Below are positions 26,491 through 38,645 of a stretch of 64,000 bases of DNA, in pieces (positions within the stretch are counted from its first letter, which is position 1; the number at the start of each line of letters is the position of its first letter). The position numbers and the translations under genes were made by a program. The notes under the pieces were generated by a model. That model saw only the letters and a program-made list of their open reading frames with translations, was not told where the DNA came from and searched no databases. Source of the DNA: Nageia nagi (lineage: Eukaryota; Plantae; Pinophyta); assembly GCA_050084985.1 (NCBI GenBank), contig JBITNC010000002.1, forward strand, positions 7,936,001 through 8,000,000, read 5' to 3'.

Positions 26491-27859
26491 ATTGGGCCTT
26501 GGGATGGCCCAATTTCACTTGACTCAACTTGGACTTGACCTAGATTCCCTAACTTGGCCCATACTCGACTTTTAGTTTCCATAGTCAATTTTTTGGAATT
26601 TTAGACCTTGCTTGACATAACTAAGCCTGGATGAGTGATAATACTTAGGCTTGGAGTGATAAACGTGATAACCAGTAGCATGGAGTTCTCAAGTGGATGT
26701 GACAAAAATATGACACTGTGTGAACAACAGTTACTGAGGATCCCCAAAATCGCAGACTTTTGGGGCGTATTGTGTTAGTCACAACAGAATGCACATAGGC
26801 ATTCAAAATAATCGCAAGAAACAATCTAGAAATTTTCCACCTTGGTAGATCAGGATTGAAAACACTAGCACATGTGCAAACTTCTTTATCTTCCAACTCG
26901 TTTACAGGGATGTGTTTGAAGTACAATAACTGGGAACACCAAGAGTTCAGTATAATAAAAAAAATTAACATCAAACTTGAATAAATTCGAAGTAAAACTC
27001 CCAGAAAACAAGGCCCTCCAACCAATCAATGCCAAACATATATATCACACAGTGAACGGATGATCATTTCAAAGGATAAACGATTGCTGCATGCTAAGGT
27101 CTAATCTCAAGTCAGAGGTTTGGAAAGCAGAGAAACTCCATACAAACCTCAAGTACTTGTAAAATTAGAATGGAAATTATTTTTAGCATGCAATGTAATT
27201 TTAGTAGTTTCACTTCCAAGTAAACTAGAATTAGACATAGAACTTCTTATATAAGGAGATATCGATTGAATGCATGCACTTCAGTGTGAACAACAGCATG
27301 TACTTCGGTTGATACACTGAGTTTGTTTTGCAATTAAATAAAACTTCCACTCAAGTACCACTATTATCTTTCTCTTTGGGAGTTTCTTTGTTGGTCTGTA
27401 ACTCTGAAGGTCTGTTTAAATCTAACACCAAAACTGACAGACTGGTATATTGGCTCATAATAATACCAACATCCAATCCCAAAAGGCCTGATTAATTGGA
27501 TTTCCTAGAGCAGATAGGAGGAGCCTCTGCTACACAGTTCAACAATAGTAACACAATAAGCCCTTGAACACAAATGCTATCGAAAAATGTCATTATAAAC
27601 CTTTGAAAATATCAAATTTCAATATTTGTGCCAGCTTAAAAAGACTTGCAATATTGATGGTCACCCAAAAGAACTGTAATGAGTTCAGTTTTTAGCATCA
27701 TTTCTACCCAGAATGCTAACCATAGACAACAACCTCAATTAGAAATGGCCACATCATCTTCAAGAACTCGACAGAAGAAATAACATCATAACATGCAGAA
27801 AACCACAGCTGAAAATCACCATATTATAATTAACATTAAGAGTATAATTATAGTTCACT

Positions 27860-29102
27860 TTTTTTTTAATTACATCCAGATAAATTTGATATTAATCAAA
27901 AAAATTCCAGAATTTTGAAAAGGCCTCTTGGAACCTTACACATTTTCAAATAGTTATGAAAGTATACAAAATCTGTTGATAATTATTATATATGTCTATC
28001 CCAGTACAAAACAAAGCATAACTGCTAGAAAAACAATGCATATCCTTCAGACTATCAGGCTGTATACTTCATACATAAAAACAAAGCATATTCTTCATAC
28101 AATCGAACTCTGTACTTCATACAAAAAACAAAGCATATATACTTCATATCTATCAGACTATAGAAGGTACATATATAGTTCATCCAAAAATGAAGCAGGC
28201 CCTTTTCTTTCTTTACTTTATATTTTTCTTTGATTTTAGACAGGTTTCTCTAAAAAACAAAGCAACAGATGATAGAACTCCATGAAAACCCTCGCATTGT
28301 GGATATGGGCCAGGACCAATGTCCTTCAAGTTTCCACGGCAAGATCTTCAAGAGCTCTACTCACTTTGTGGATACTGGCCCACACCAATAATCTTCAGGT
28401 TTCCCTGACGATATTTTTGAGAGCTCTCATATGGAAGAAACCCTCTCCCCCAAGACATCCTCGCTCAGAGCTTCATCAGGCCCTCATCACTTAGTACATC
28501 ATCACTTGGAGAATCTACACTTGTCTTCATCCATCTATCTTTGATGTCTTCCTCCTCCTTCACCCTGCTTTCTATTGCATATGGATCATAGACTATCGTT
28601 CAGTGGCTGGTGTGTAGTGCATAAACAGAAGACTCTCTGCTTTGCTTTGCAGATGGATTTAGAAGGCTCCTTGTGCCACTTGGTAAGATTGGCCCAAACT
28701 CATATCTTCAATGCTCGTCTTCAATCGCTTGTTGCAGGCTGCAGGCTTTTGATCTTCATGTAATATCTACCTTATCCGTCCATTGCCAAAGCAAGATATC
28801 CGCATCCCTCTGCATTCATTCCAGACCCACCATTCAATCATTCATGGCATTAATCAAACCCAGATGTCACCGTACACAGCTCAGCATTCAGGCCTTTTTA
28901 CTACAGTATTTGCATCCACCGTTCACCATTGCCCATTCCTATGTGGATCTTAAAACAAAACAACTTCATCAAAGTGCTATCTTCCATGCTCAGCCGTGTT
29001 CTTCTCTTCATCCTCCGACTCCCACAAGTTTCATAACCCGCAGATCACCAAGGGGGAGAAGGCACCATTAGGGTTTTAATTTATCAAATTTGCCCCAACC
29101 CC
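27860..29102 (-). pseudogene. Retrocopy (LINE-mobilised processed transcript) with no recognisable ORF
   Basis: Flanked by the 12-bp direct repeat TTATAGTTCACT (27848-27859, 29103-29114). The T-run at the left end is a polyA tail on the minus strand, and a telo-box AAACCCTA lies near the 5' end (~29069-29076). Confidence 0.8.
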
Positions 29103-29648
29103 TTATAGTTCACTCTAATTACCACTAGGAGTATACGTCACTCTAATTACCACCTAAGAGTATACTTACAGTTTTTCATTAAGCTATTTATTTCTTGTGA
29201 GAAAGAATTATTTTACCATTATTACATTTAACAATCGAGGTACATTAGACCGACATGACAGAAAAATCAGATATGAGTTTAGGTATAGAATCATACTTGT
29301 CACAAACTGTTGATTTCATTACACTCATCTAGAATTCCAAACAGAATTTTCAAACATGTGACAAAACACAAAGGGGACCATAAAGTCGCCATATTGAATC
29401 ACTCCCAAGTCCCAAAGCCATTGAATTATTTGACATTGAAGTATTTTGGGTTCCATTCAACATGGAATAGCCAGAAAGCTATAACTCAGTATATTCTATG
29501 CGAAAAAGTGTTGATACAACATATCGTATGTAGGCCTATGACAGCTTCCAATATTCTCCAACCATTTTACTTAGCCAAATCGATAATAAAAATACTTTAT
29601 CCCACTTTTAACGATGAAGCGCATTACATAATCATACATAGCAATACT

Positions 29649-31258
29649 TGATCCGGAAACCCTAACATAAGAGTTCACTTCAGATCTCACACTTTATTTA
29701 TTTTTATGCTTGCGGAAATAAAAATGCACACCAAAGCAATCACACCAAATGATGTACACACATATTTACCTTGGTTCGATTGATGTGGTCTACATCCAAC
29801 AAATTGCGATCCATTATTGTAGGTACCTTTTACAATGTTCTTTGCATGATCTTTTGACTTCATCCTCTTGTTTTTTCAAAGCGAAATCATACGATCACTG
29901 TAGGCCGCTACTGAATCTTTTACTGCATCATGGCGATTATGTCATCCACTTCTTTTCTCATGGCAATGATGTCGTCCATGGTCTTCTTCTTCCATGACAA
30001 TAATGTTGTTCGTGGATTTTTTATCACAAAATTATGTAGATTTTGGAATTCAATCCCATCCTTAGTTTCATGGACATAATTTCATCCATGGTGTTCACAA
30101 TGCAGTGGAATTTTACATCCTCTACACACTCTCCCACTTGGGTGGAAAACCCACTAAAAGGAATTTTACCTTTCCCCTCCCCATTAGTCTCCTTTTATAA
30201 CATTAAGGGGCTTTAAAAATGGAGTTTAAGTGATTACATAATATAATACCAATCTTGGGTATTTTCCCCTTTTACAATATATGCTCTCATCCTCCAAACA
30301 AAATTCTCCTCCATTTGCGATTCTTGTAGTATCTCTCCTTGATTTTAGAACTCCATTGATTTGGTCAATAGCTGTTAATTTTAATACCATATAACCAACT
30401 CCCACGATAAACAAATATTCAATCGAACACCAACATTATACCATATACCAATAATAGGGCAGCTTGCATGTGGTGGTGCCACTTGGCACCCTTGACCTTG
30501 TTGACCGACGCTTAAAGTCTCGTTGAGTGGCAAACGGTCTAGATCTCTAGCTGGCGGCAAGTGGAGGTGGTCTCATGCACCAGAGGCTCCCCAAGTGCGT
30601 GGGCAGCTAAGAGTTGGCGGTCAATAGCTAATGATTTGGCCGCTAGGGCTCTGACGTTGGTCGACGGCTTCCAAACTGTTGTCGACACCCACCACGTAGT
30701 CCACGTCGACATCGGTCCCACATGTCGGCTTCTTCTAAAACGATGAATCCTCCATGTCATCAAAACTCCCTTTGACCACGACTTGTGATCACCTCCATGC
30801 ACATACGGTGTTCCCCAAAATGTCTAATGGTTGATGTTTTATGGCAGACAGATTGGAGGTCGACGACCAAGGACACATCGGTAGGCTTCACGTGAGGGCG
30901 GTCATCCGCCTTTGACCTCTATGGCTTCCCAAGCCGCTTCTCCACGTTGGTTGGTGCTCCTCCTCTCCATACGCAAGTTTGGAGAGTTGCTACTCACCAT
31001 TAGGTCCCACCAATAGAATTTAAAATGGTTTTAAATTTAAATATTTACCTTTTCGATTTTAAAAATAATAATCTTTAATTATTATTTTTTCGAAACTTGA
31101 AGGATGGATATTTCATCGACTATAGCTCCATTTTTATTGCCATTCGAAGCATCGAGATTCTGGAGAAGAGGACTTCGACATCGAGCACTTTAATTGAACT
31201 AAAGAGGAACTTCATTTTTTCACCTTTTTTTAATAACTCCGAATTCCATTTCGGATCA
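29649..31258 (-). mobile_element. 1.6 kb solo LTR
   Basis: Inverted termini TGATCCGGAA...TTTCGGATCA with a perfect TSD ATACT (29644-29648, 31259-31263). The minus-strand TATAAAAAGG at ~30191-30199 suggests the orientation. Confidence 0.88.
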
Positions 31259-31599
31259 ATACTGGACCCTCATTACCTCAATCTACAGGCATGGGAATCA
31301 GCAAACGTTTTCCAACAGGACTTGACTTGGTTCGCCAAACAAACCCACTCAACTTGTATTGAAATATCCATGTTCATTTAGGATCAGCAAATCTGTGTGA
31401 GACTTGTCTAAGCAAACAAGAAAAGTTATTTTCGTTCATTACAGGGTATCACTAAGAGCAGTAGATGACAGCTAATCAATACTTAGGAAACTGTTCAATC
31501 ACATGCAGTTTTGGTAGTGTAACTGTTAGAATTTCAGAAAACAGTTAACTAATATGTGGTGGACATGGTAGGACATAGCATAATGGAGTGTTGAAGAAA

Positions 31600-32040
31600 T
31601 ATAAAAATGATTTTGAGATCTCAATGGTGCTTCCAAATAATATCCCGCTCCTCCCAGGACAGGAGTAATTAGAAATTATCTTGGGAAAAATATACCCTAA
31701 TTCTCCCTAGGCCTTGGCAAGCGCTCCAACAATTAAACAAAAGTTCTCATACTATGTTAAGGAGTTCCCAATCATGTAAACTTGAAATTCAATATACTTT
31801 CAAGTAAAGGAAACTTTTAAGATTCTTGTTGACATCATCACCTCTGCTCAACAGATGGCCTAGAATATTCAAAGCATTATTTCAGATGTCAAAAACTTGT
31901 TATTCAGGTTTAAGGAACAAAAGGTGTCTCACATCAGGCATGCTGACAATGCCGTAGAAAATAGATTAACAAACATTGGTGTCTCCTCACATTAGACATG
32001 GTAGCAATGCTGTGGCGAATAGATTAACAAATATTGGTGT
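31600..32040 (+). pseudogene. Old LINE-type RNase H-like (RVT_3) fragment
   Basis: An NGAS...GVIRNYLG-like start and NIQSIISDVKNLLFRFKEQKVSHIRHADNAVENRLTNIG match the SH.R..N.VAD.LA motif of plant RNase H-like domains. Confidence 0.6.
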
Positions 32041-33386
32041 TCATTAGACAACTCTTTAGATGACATACAAACAAAGGCCAATCTTTAATTCGTAAAAAGG
32101 AACACACGGATTGCTTTAGCACTTCCCCATATAATTATCCTTCTAAAATCTAACTTTTTTGCTCCCGAGGTTGAATGTGTTGTCAGCCAATCTACATATG
32201 TCCTTTACCAGTGCCATAGAATATGGCTTTGTTGGTGTGAGAGGGAAATGAACAATTGTCCCATTCTCAATTTGAGGTACAATAACAAACAGCCAAACAT
32301 GAAGATACTGTCTCAATCATTCAAACAGCTGATGGGAAAGCTTGAGGCAGACGTAAATGTGTGATAGGGGAAACAGAGAGTTGTAAAATCATTGGAAACT
32401 TTAGGTCTTAGGGCATTTAAGGTGTGTAGGCAGAAAGAGAAAAGGAGCAGGATGGTGGGCAAAGACTATTCTGAAGAGTTTGGAAGTGATTAATCAGACA
32501 ATGCCAGTGGATACACCGAATAAGGCAAGAGAATGAGGAATATCGGTGCAAAATTAACACGATGTGGGTGGATAAAACAGGTGCAGGCAGTGAAGTGCCA
32601 AACTCTAACCAGACAGAACCTACATGAATTTTCCAAGGATATGGCAGCCAAAAAGCTTCTGTCCTACTTTTCTGCAAATAATCTGTACAATGTAGTGGTT
32701 CTTCATCACTCCGAGGTAAATAAGAAAACTGAATTCTGCATTAATCAGATGTTTAAGGCACTGGCTACTGTTGGTCATGGAGTAAGAGAGATCTTAGCTC
32801 AGATTGCCACCCAAGAGCCAACTGTGATTTCTGAAGATTCTTGAGTATGATTCTGACAAAGAAGATGCATAGATAAATGTGGTAGGCTCTATAAGTGCTC
32901 TGTTTTTTTCTGCACATGACTTCTATTTTGATGCATGTTGATTAACGAGGATGGGGCTCTATTGTGATGGATGCAGACTTTCTAATGCATAAGTATATCC
33001 TAAATCATCAATTTTGATGCATCTCTGTTTGCCTTTCAAGCAGCTAATGTGTTCTGGGCATGTAAAGAGTGGAAAGTGAGTGTTTTGGTATGCTCGCTTT
33101 TAGTCCACTTTTTGCTTTTGTGTGTGCATGAAATGGATAGCCTCCTCAGTTCTGCTGAAAATGATTAACGGTTGGTTGACTGGTGGTGGCTGGACAATGG
33201 CCGGGAACATGGTAACTGTAAATATGGATGTGCTAATGGTGATGGGAACTTGAATCAGGCAAAGATAACATTTTGTTTCTGTCATCATTGAAGATATTGG
33301 AACGGCCCTCTGCCCAGAACTGTTCAGTACAATGGGGCAATGACATCATACTGAAGGATTTCTACTTTTTGGTTTGTCCTTGTATT

Positions 33387-36156
33387 TGTAAGGCCCAGTA
33401 TAAGGATGCAAATACAAAAATAGTATTAACTCCAAAAATCAAGTTTACATTCCAAATTGATAAACATAAAAAGAAGGGGAAGGATACATAACTCCTTCAA
33501 GAAACCCTACAAACTCCTAATAACTCTTCAACCTCCAAATGACACTTAGACTTCTAAATGACATGGAATTTCTTCCACTTACAAATATGAAAAATATTAA
33601 ATATTTGCACACTTACACACCTAAATCTAATAATATTTACAATCAACCTTAATCCTTAAGGATTAAGTTTTCAACATTCCCCCCTTAATCCGAAATGGAT
33701 TAAGAAAGAAATGAAAATAAAAAGGATGTGCCTCAAGGTATGTAGAATATTCTTCACCAACAAAGATAAGCAATCTCCACTTAATCTGAAGGGGTGAAAA
33801 TGCTGCAAAATAAGTCTTCTTCACAAGGGCATCTGCAAAGTGTCTCAAACCAAACAAGAAGAGTAGTGGATGAAGTCCGATAATAATGAAGTGCAACCAA
33901 GTCTCCTCCAAGAAAGCATTTTCTTCAACATAGGTCATTCCAAGGAAGATGAAAGCTCCACAAAAAAGAACTTGAACCAATCACCAATAAATCTCTCTCG
34001 AATGAAGAGAAACAAGGTGTGAAGAATAAATTCTCCACCATGAATCCAGAAATATGTGCACAAAGAAACACATACTAAGTCTCTCACATATAGCACACAT
34101 AAGATGTGATCTCCCACATTCACACCATATGATCTATCTCATACACTTGATTCAAAGCTCATCAAAGAAGTCATACCAAAGGAGCATGAAGAAAAGTTAC
34201 CTCGACAACCAAATTTCTCCACACATGAAATCATGAAGAAAGGTGCTTAGTAATCAAGATTTCTTCAACCACAAACTAGCTCCAAAACTCTAACAATTTT
34301 GGCATCATCAAAGAAACCCCACCCCCCACCCCCTCAACATGTGCTACACTTCCATGGTGCAAGGTTGACATTACTATCAAAACTTTAGCCAACAATCAAA
34401 GGCATTAGGACTAATATGGCATTGCTATCAGAACACTAGCCAATCAATAGACCCAAACATCTCCACCTTTGAATCACAACTCAAAAGGACTAGTAGAAAA
34501 TGTGAAGTAAGAGTAACATAACCATTTTCAAAAAATAGCTACAATATGATACCAAGTCTTCAAAAATATTAAAAATGTGAGTATGTAGCAATACCTTCAA
34601 AATAATGGAGGACACCATCTTCATCTTCAAGGGTGACTATAGCAAAAATGCCATCTATATCACCTTTGTAACAAGATAAAGAGCATCTCCAACAAGGCAC
34701 TACTCAACTCAACCAAATAAATACAAATATATGGTTTCACATTCAAAGGGCATCAAAAAAAACATATTTTCAACATCAAAATCCTCCAACAAAATTGTCT
34801 TACAATGAAAAATATGAAATTTCCAAAAAAATTGGAAATCAAGTAAGGTAATATAATATCCTTCAATATAAATGTTCTCAGTAATATTCCTCCAAAAATG
34901 AGAAGATACCTAGAACTCAATACCTTCATGATAAAGGTCTTAAAATTTTGAATCTATAGCAAAAACTTTCATTGAAATTGGACTAAATTTGCTCAACTTA
35001 TGGCCAAAAATACCTTGTAAAATTTTAAATAGGCCCAAAAAACTAAAAAAACCACAAAAAGTAGAGTCAACTAATCAAAATGCTGATTGGATTCTGACTA
35101 GGTGGACAACTGATGCATGTGCTGACTAGGCAGGTCTGAAGAGCCCATGTGGGCTCCATGGTGGCATAAACGGTGCATGTCAGGCTGGTAAGAGGCGGCA
35201 GGTATGGTCTGCATGGTGAAACGGCAAGTCCATGAAGGGTGATAGGATGTCAATGGGCTAGACGCATGGGCTCCATGATGTGATTTGTCCACATATCTAT
35301 ACAAGGACACAGGCATCAATAGTTCTACACAGCATCAACGGGTCGAAGAGGGTGCATTTCAAGTAGACACAGAGATCACGCAACCAAGAGACGGTCCATG
35401 ATAGCAATTGAGACAACACTCTCCACATGCCAGTAGGTAGGGAACGAGTTGAAACGGTGCACGCATGCTCTTCAACCACCAAAACGGGTACAGCCACACG
35501 ATAGGGTTTCACAATGTATAGATTGCATGACAGTCACACGCTTCACGCAGATTTGTGAAATTGGCAAGGTTACCATGAAAATAGCGCCAACCAAATTAAA
35601 AACACACCAAAACCAGTCCTCAAAACCCCAACACAGGCTGAAACTTCAAACGTATGTAACTTGCACAAATGGGTTCCAAGTCCAGCGATCCAAAAGTCAA
35701 AAATGACAAGAACGAAAATGAGTACATCCAAAAATGAGGTCAAAAATAGATTTAGACAAAGGGATACAAAGAAAAACAGCGGAGAAAAACTGAAGGATGA
35801 AAAGGGCAATGGAGATCACATATTTGCAAGAAGAGAGAGCCAGAGCTCTAATACCACTGTGAGGCCCAATATAAAGATGCAAATCCAAAAATAGTATTAA
35901 CTCCAAAAGCTAAGTTTACATTCCAAATTGATAAACACAAAAAGAAGGAGAAGTATACGCAACTCCTTCAAAAAACCTTAAAAACTCCTAATGACTTTTC
36001 AACTTCCTAATGACACTTAGACTTCTAAATAACATGTGGAATTTCTTCCACTCACAAATATGAAAAATACTAAATATTGAATATTTGCGCGTACACACAC
36101 CTAAGTCTAATAATATTTACAATCAACCTTAATCCCTAAGGATTAGGTTTCCAACA
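33387..36156 (-). mobile_element. Non-autonomous non-coding LTR element (Copia-like ends)
   Basis: LTRs at 33387-33676 and 35858-36156 (TG...CA) with a perfect TSD GTATT (33382-33386, 36157-36161). Minus-strand PBS TGGTATTAGAGC at 35845-35856 and PPT complement TTCCCCCCTTAA at 33677. Confidence 0.92.
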
Positions 36157-38645
36157 GTATTTTGTTCCCTGCTTTAGTGATCTCCACTAAATTTATTTTG
36201 CCTAAATTCAAGGACCCATGGCTCCCACCCTGATGCTTTGTTGGCTTATTCTTTTATGTGAGATGACCCTGGCAATTTGATTTTCGTTTTATTTTTGCCT
36301 ACACAATGGGTGCAATTCATTTTTTTATCCTTTAGCCTTTTTGGTTACGATGCACGATGGTATAGCAAGATTCCACAACGCCTTGGGACGAGGGAACGTG
36401 TTCCCAAAAACAGGGAACAAGTGAAATCATTTTTATGAAACATCTTGGGAACGGCAAAGGGAACAACAAGTCTAATACTAGTAAAAATTCCAAGAATTTT
36501 CAAATTTTTGAAATTTTATTGTTTCAAATTCATTCTTATTTAATATTATCAATTCACTCTTGTATACAAAACTTCTAACTGAAATTAAAAATTCAAGTAT
36601 AAATTAGAATATCAAAATGAACTATAATCAATGATCATACGACATAACGTCATTATATTTGAATCAATCTAGTACATAACGAATCATGATAGATGTGAAA
36701 TCTCAAATCAAAAATATTGGAGTTTGAAATCGTAGTAGTAAAACTATAAAACTAAATACATAAACTAGACTTTGACATGAATATGTCAAATCAAAATGCC
36801 AAAATGGAAAAATCAAAATAATGGCTTGAAATCCTACTCTCCTAAGCTATTTGATGAGTTGCCCTCATCATCCAACTAAAGAGCCTTCAATGACACTCTA
36901 AGCATCCCCTCCACCTAATCATCATCCTGAAGCAGAAGATCGCATGCCTCCTCCACATCAACATTCCACTTTGAAGTTGGATTAGCCATGTACTCTTACC
37001 TAACTCTGTCATGAAGGCGAAGATAGCTATGCACAGCTACTAGCTTCTCCACTCTACAAGAAGTAAGCCTGCTCCTCCTCAAACTATAAATGAAACCATA
37101 GGTGGAACATTTTCTTTCTGCTACAGATGAACTACCAACCTACAAAAGTATTTGATATGTTTTATTATACAACTTAATCATGTGAGAAACAATCATTCAA
37201 ATATTTAATTGGATCTAGTTCTAGTTCTACCAACCTTATAAACAAGTATAATGGAAAGTTGCTTCAAGTGTGGAGCATCATCCCCATATAGATCCCACCA
37301 TCCAATGGAATCCCTTTTGGCAATGGTAGCCCTATGCTCTTTGCACACTAGTAGGTAGAAACACGGACTATCAAGTCTCACAAATCTCACAAACTCATCT
37401 CTAATTATGACATCCTCCTCCTTGGTATACATCTTTAAAACGAATTCCTTAAATCCCTTTTTCACCTCAAAAAATCTTCATTAGGTGTCATTCTCCCATC
37501 CCTAGGTGCATACCACTTTAGATTCAACACATACGTAGTTGTATGTATAAGTCTATTCATCTTATCACATCTATAAGAAATAGAAAAATTTTAAATAAAG
37601 TTAAAAAACTACATGAACAATAAACAATACAAATTGAAACTACAATCAACATTTGTTACCTCTTCTATATAATGGGTCTAATATGCTCTTCATAAAAAAA
37701 TGGATCTTTAACATAAATTATCTTTTTCGATTCCCCAAGCATGCTATCAAAAGTTTCATGTATCTCTCCTAAATTAGGAGAATCTATATAAGCATATCTT
37801 ATTACAGCAACAATTGAGGCAATGAAAGATATAATGTACCTACAAGAAATTTAAAAAAAAAAAAATTAAAAAACAATATGAATAATCAACAATCCAAATT
37901 CAAACTACGAAAGTGTGACTTCATTAATTTCAAGTGTTCAACTTTTGTTACCTGGTTTGAGCCCACCAACTATCATCTAAGACTTTATCTCTAAATCTTT
38001 TGCCCTCCTTTGTCTAAGATTCCAACCATTTCTTCCATTCTAAGCATACTACCATGGATTGTAGTACGTCTTGCACCTCAAGCATTCTCTTCAATAGAAT
38101 GAAACAGATGGCATATCTTGTTTTTGCTAGTTTGAAGGAGCAAATGAGGGCCAATAAGATGTGATGGTTGCAAATAAACATTTGCAAGTCTCTAGCCTCT
38201 GCAACTACATTCTTCACCCAAGCCATCTTCCAAATGTACTTCAATGTATTATTCAATGCATGAACACAACATTGGGTCCAAAAAATATGTCTACAAGTGC
38301 TCTTTACTAGTTTCCTTACACATTGACAAATATGGGTTGCATGCGTAATAAGTTGTACAAATAAAAAAATTTAAAAAAACTAAAATTTGCACAAAAAAAA
38401 TACTAATAATAACACTTGAATGCACAACAAAAATGAGTGATTTACCTACACAACATTGGACGGTCCAACCTTCTCAATAATGTCCTTCAATAGAAGGAAC
38501 TGGAACTTTGCATCCTTTTTCCACGAGCAATCAATAGCCCATAGAAAAAAAAGACCATTCGCACATGTCACAATAATGTTGATGAGTGGACATTAACGAA
38601 TATCAATCCACCCATCCATGACAATGGAACAACTACTTTTAAACA

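Larger units (their letters stand above)
21085..26770 (-). mobile_element. ~5.7 kb solo-LTR-like element of a second family, carrying an accessory ORF
   Basis: Both ends align with the ends of the 38646-41218 insertion (GGGCGTTACCCCTACC.GCTATGAGGA at left, CAAAATCGCAG..CTTTGGGGC at right). Minus-strand TATTTATA...CTCATTTGTAGGGG at ~21894-21926. No gag/pol or PBS. TSD not resolved. Confidence 0.75.

Noticed and set aside
21075-26780. Candidate TSDs (TGTGT, CATCA/TATTG, CAATG/TATTG) for the second solo-LTR-like element
   Set aside because: No single boundary gives a consistent TSD for both this copy and the 38646 copy, so none is claimed.
28460-28510. Box C/D snoRNA-like motifs (TGATGA...CTGA) on the minus strand of the retrocopy
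   Set aside because: The span is too short and there is no terminal stem or recognisable guide sequence. The motifs are equally explained by Asp/Glu-like codons.
32417-33491. Short ORFs (e.g. 32533..32844) as a possible host gene
   Set aside because: They contain no recognisable motif or splice structure and sit next to LINE debris, so they are probably decayed element sequence.
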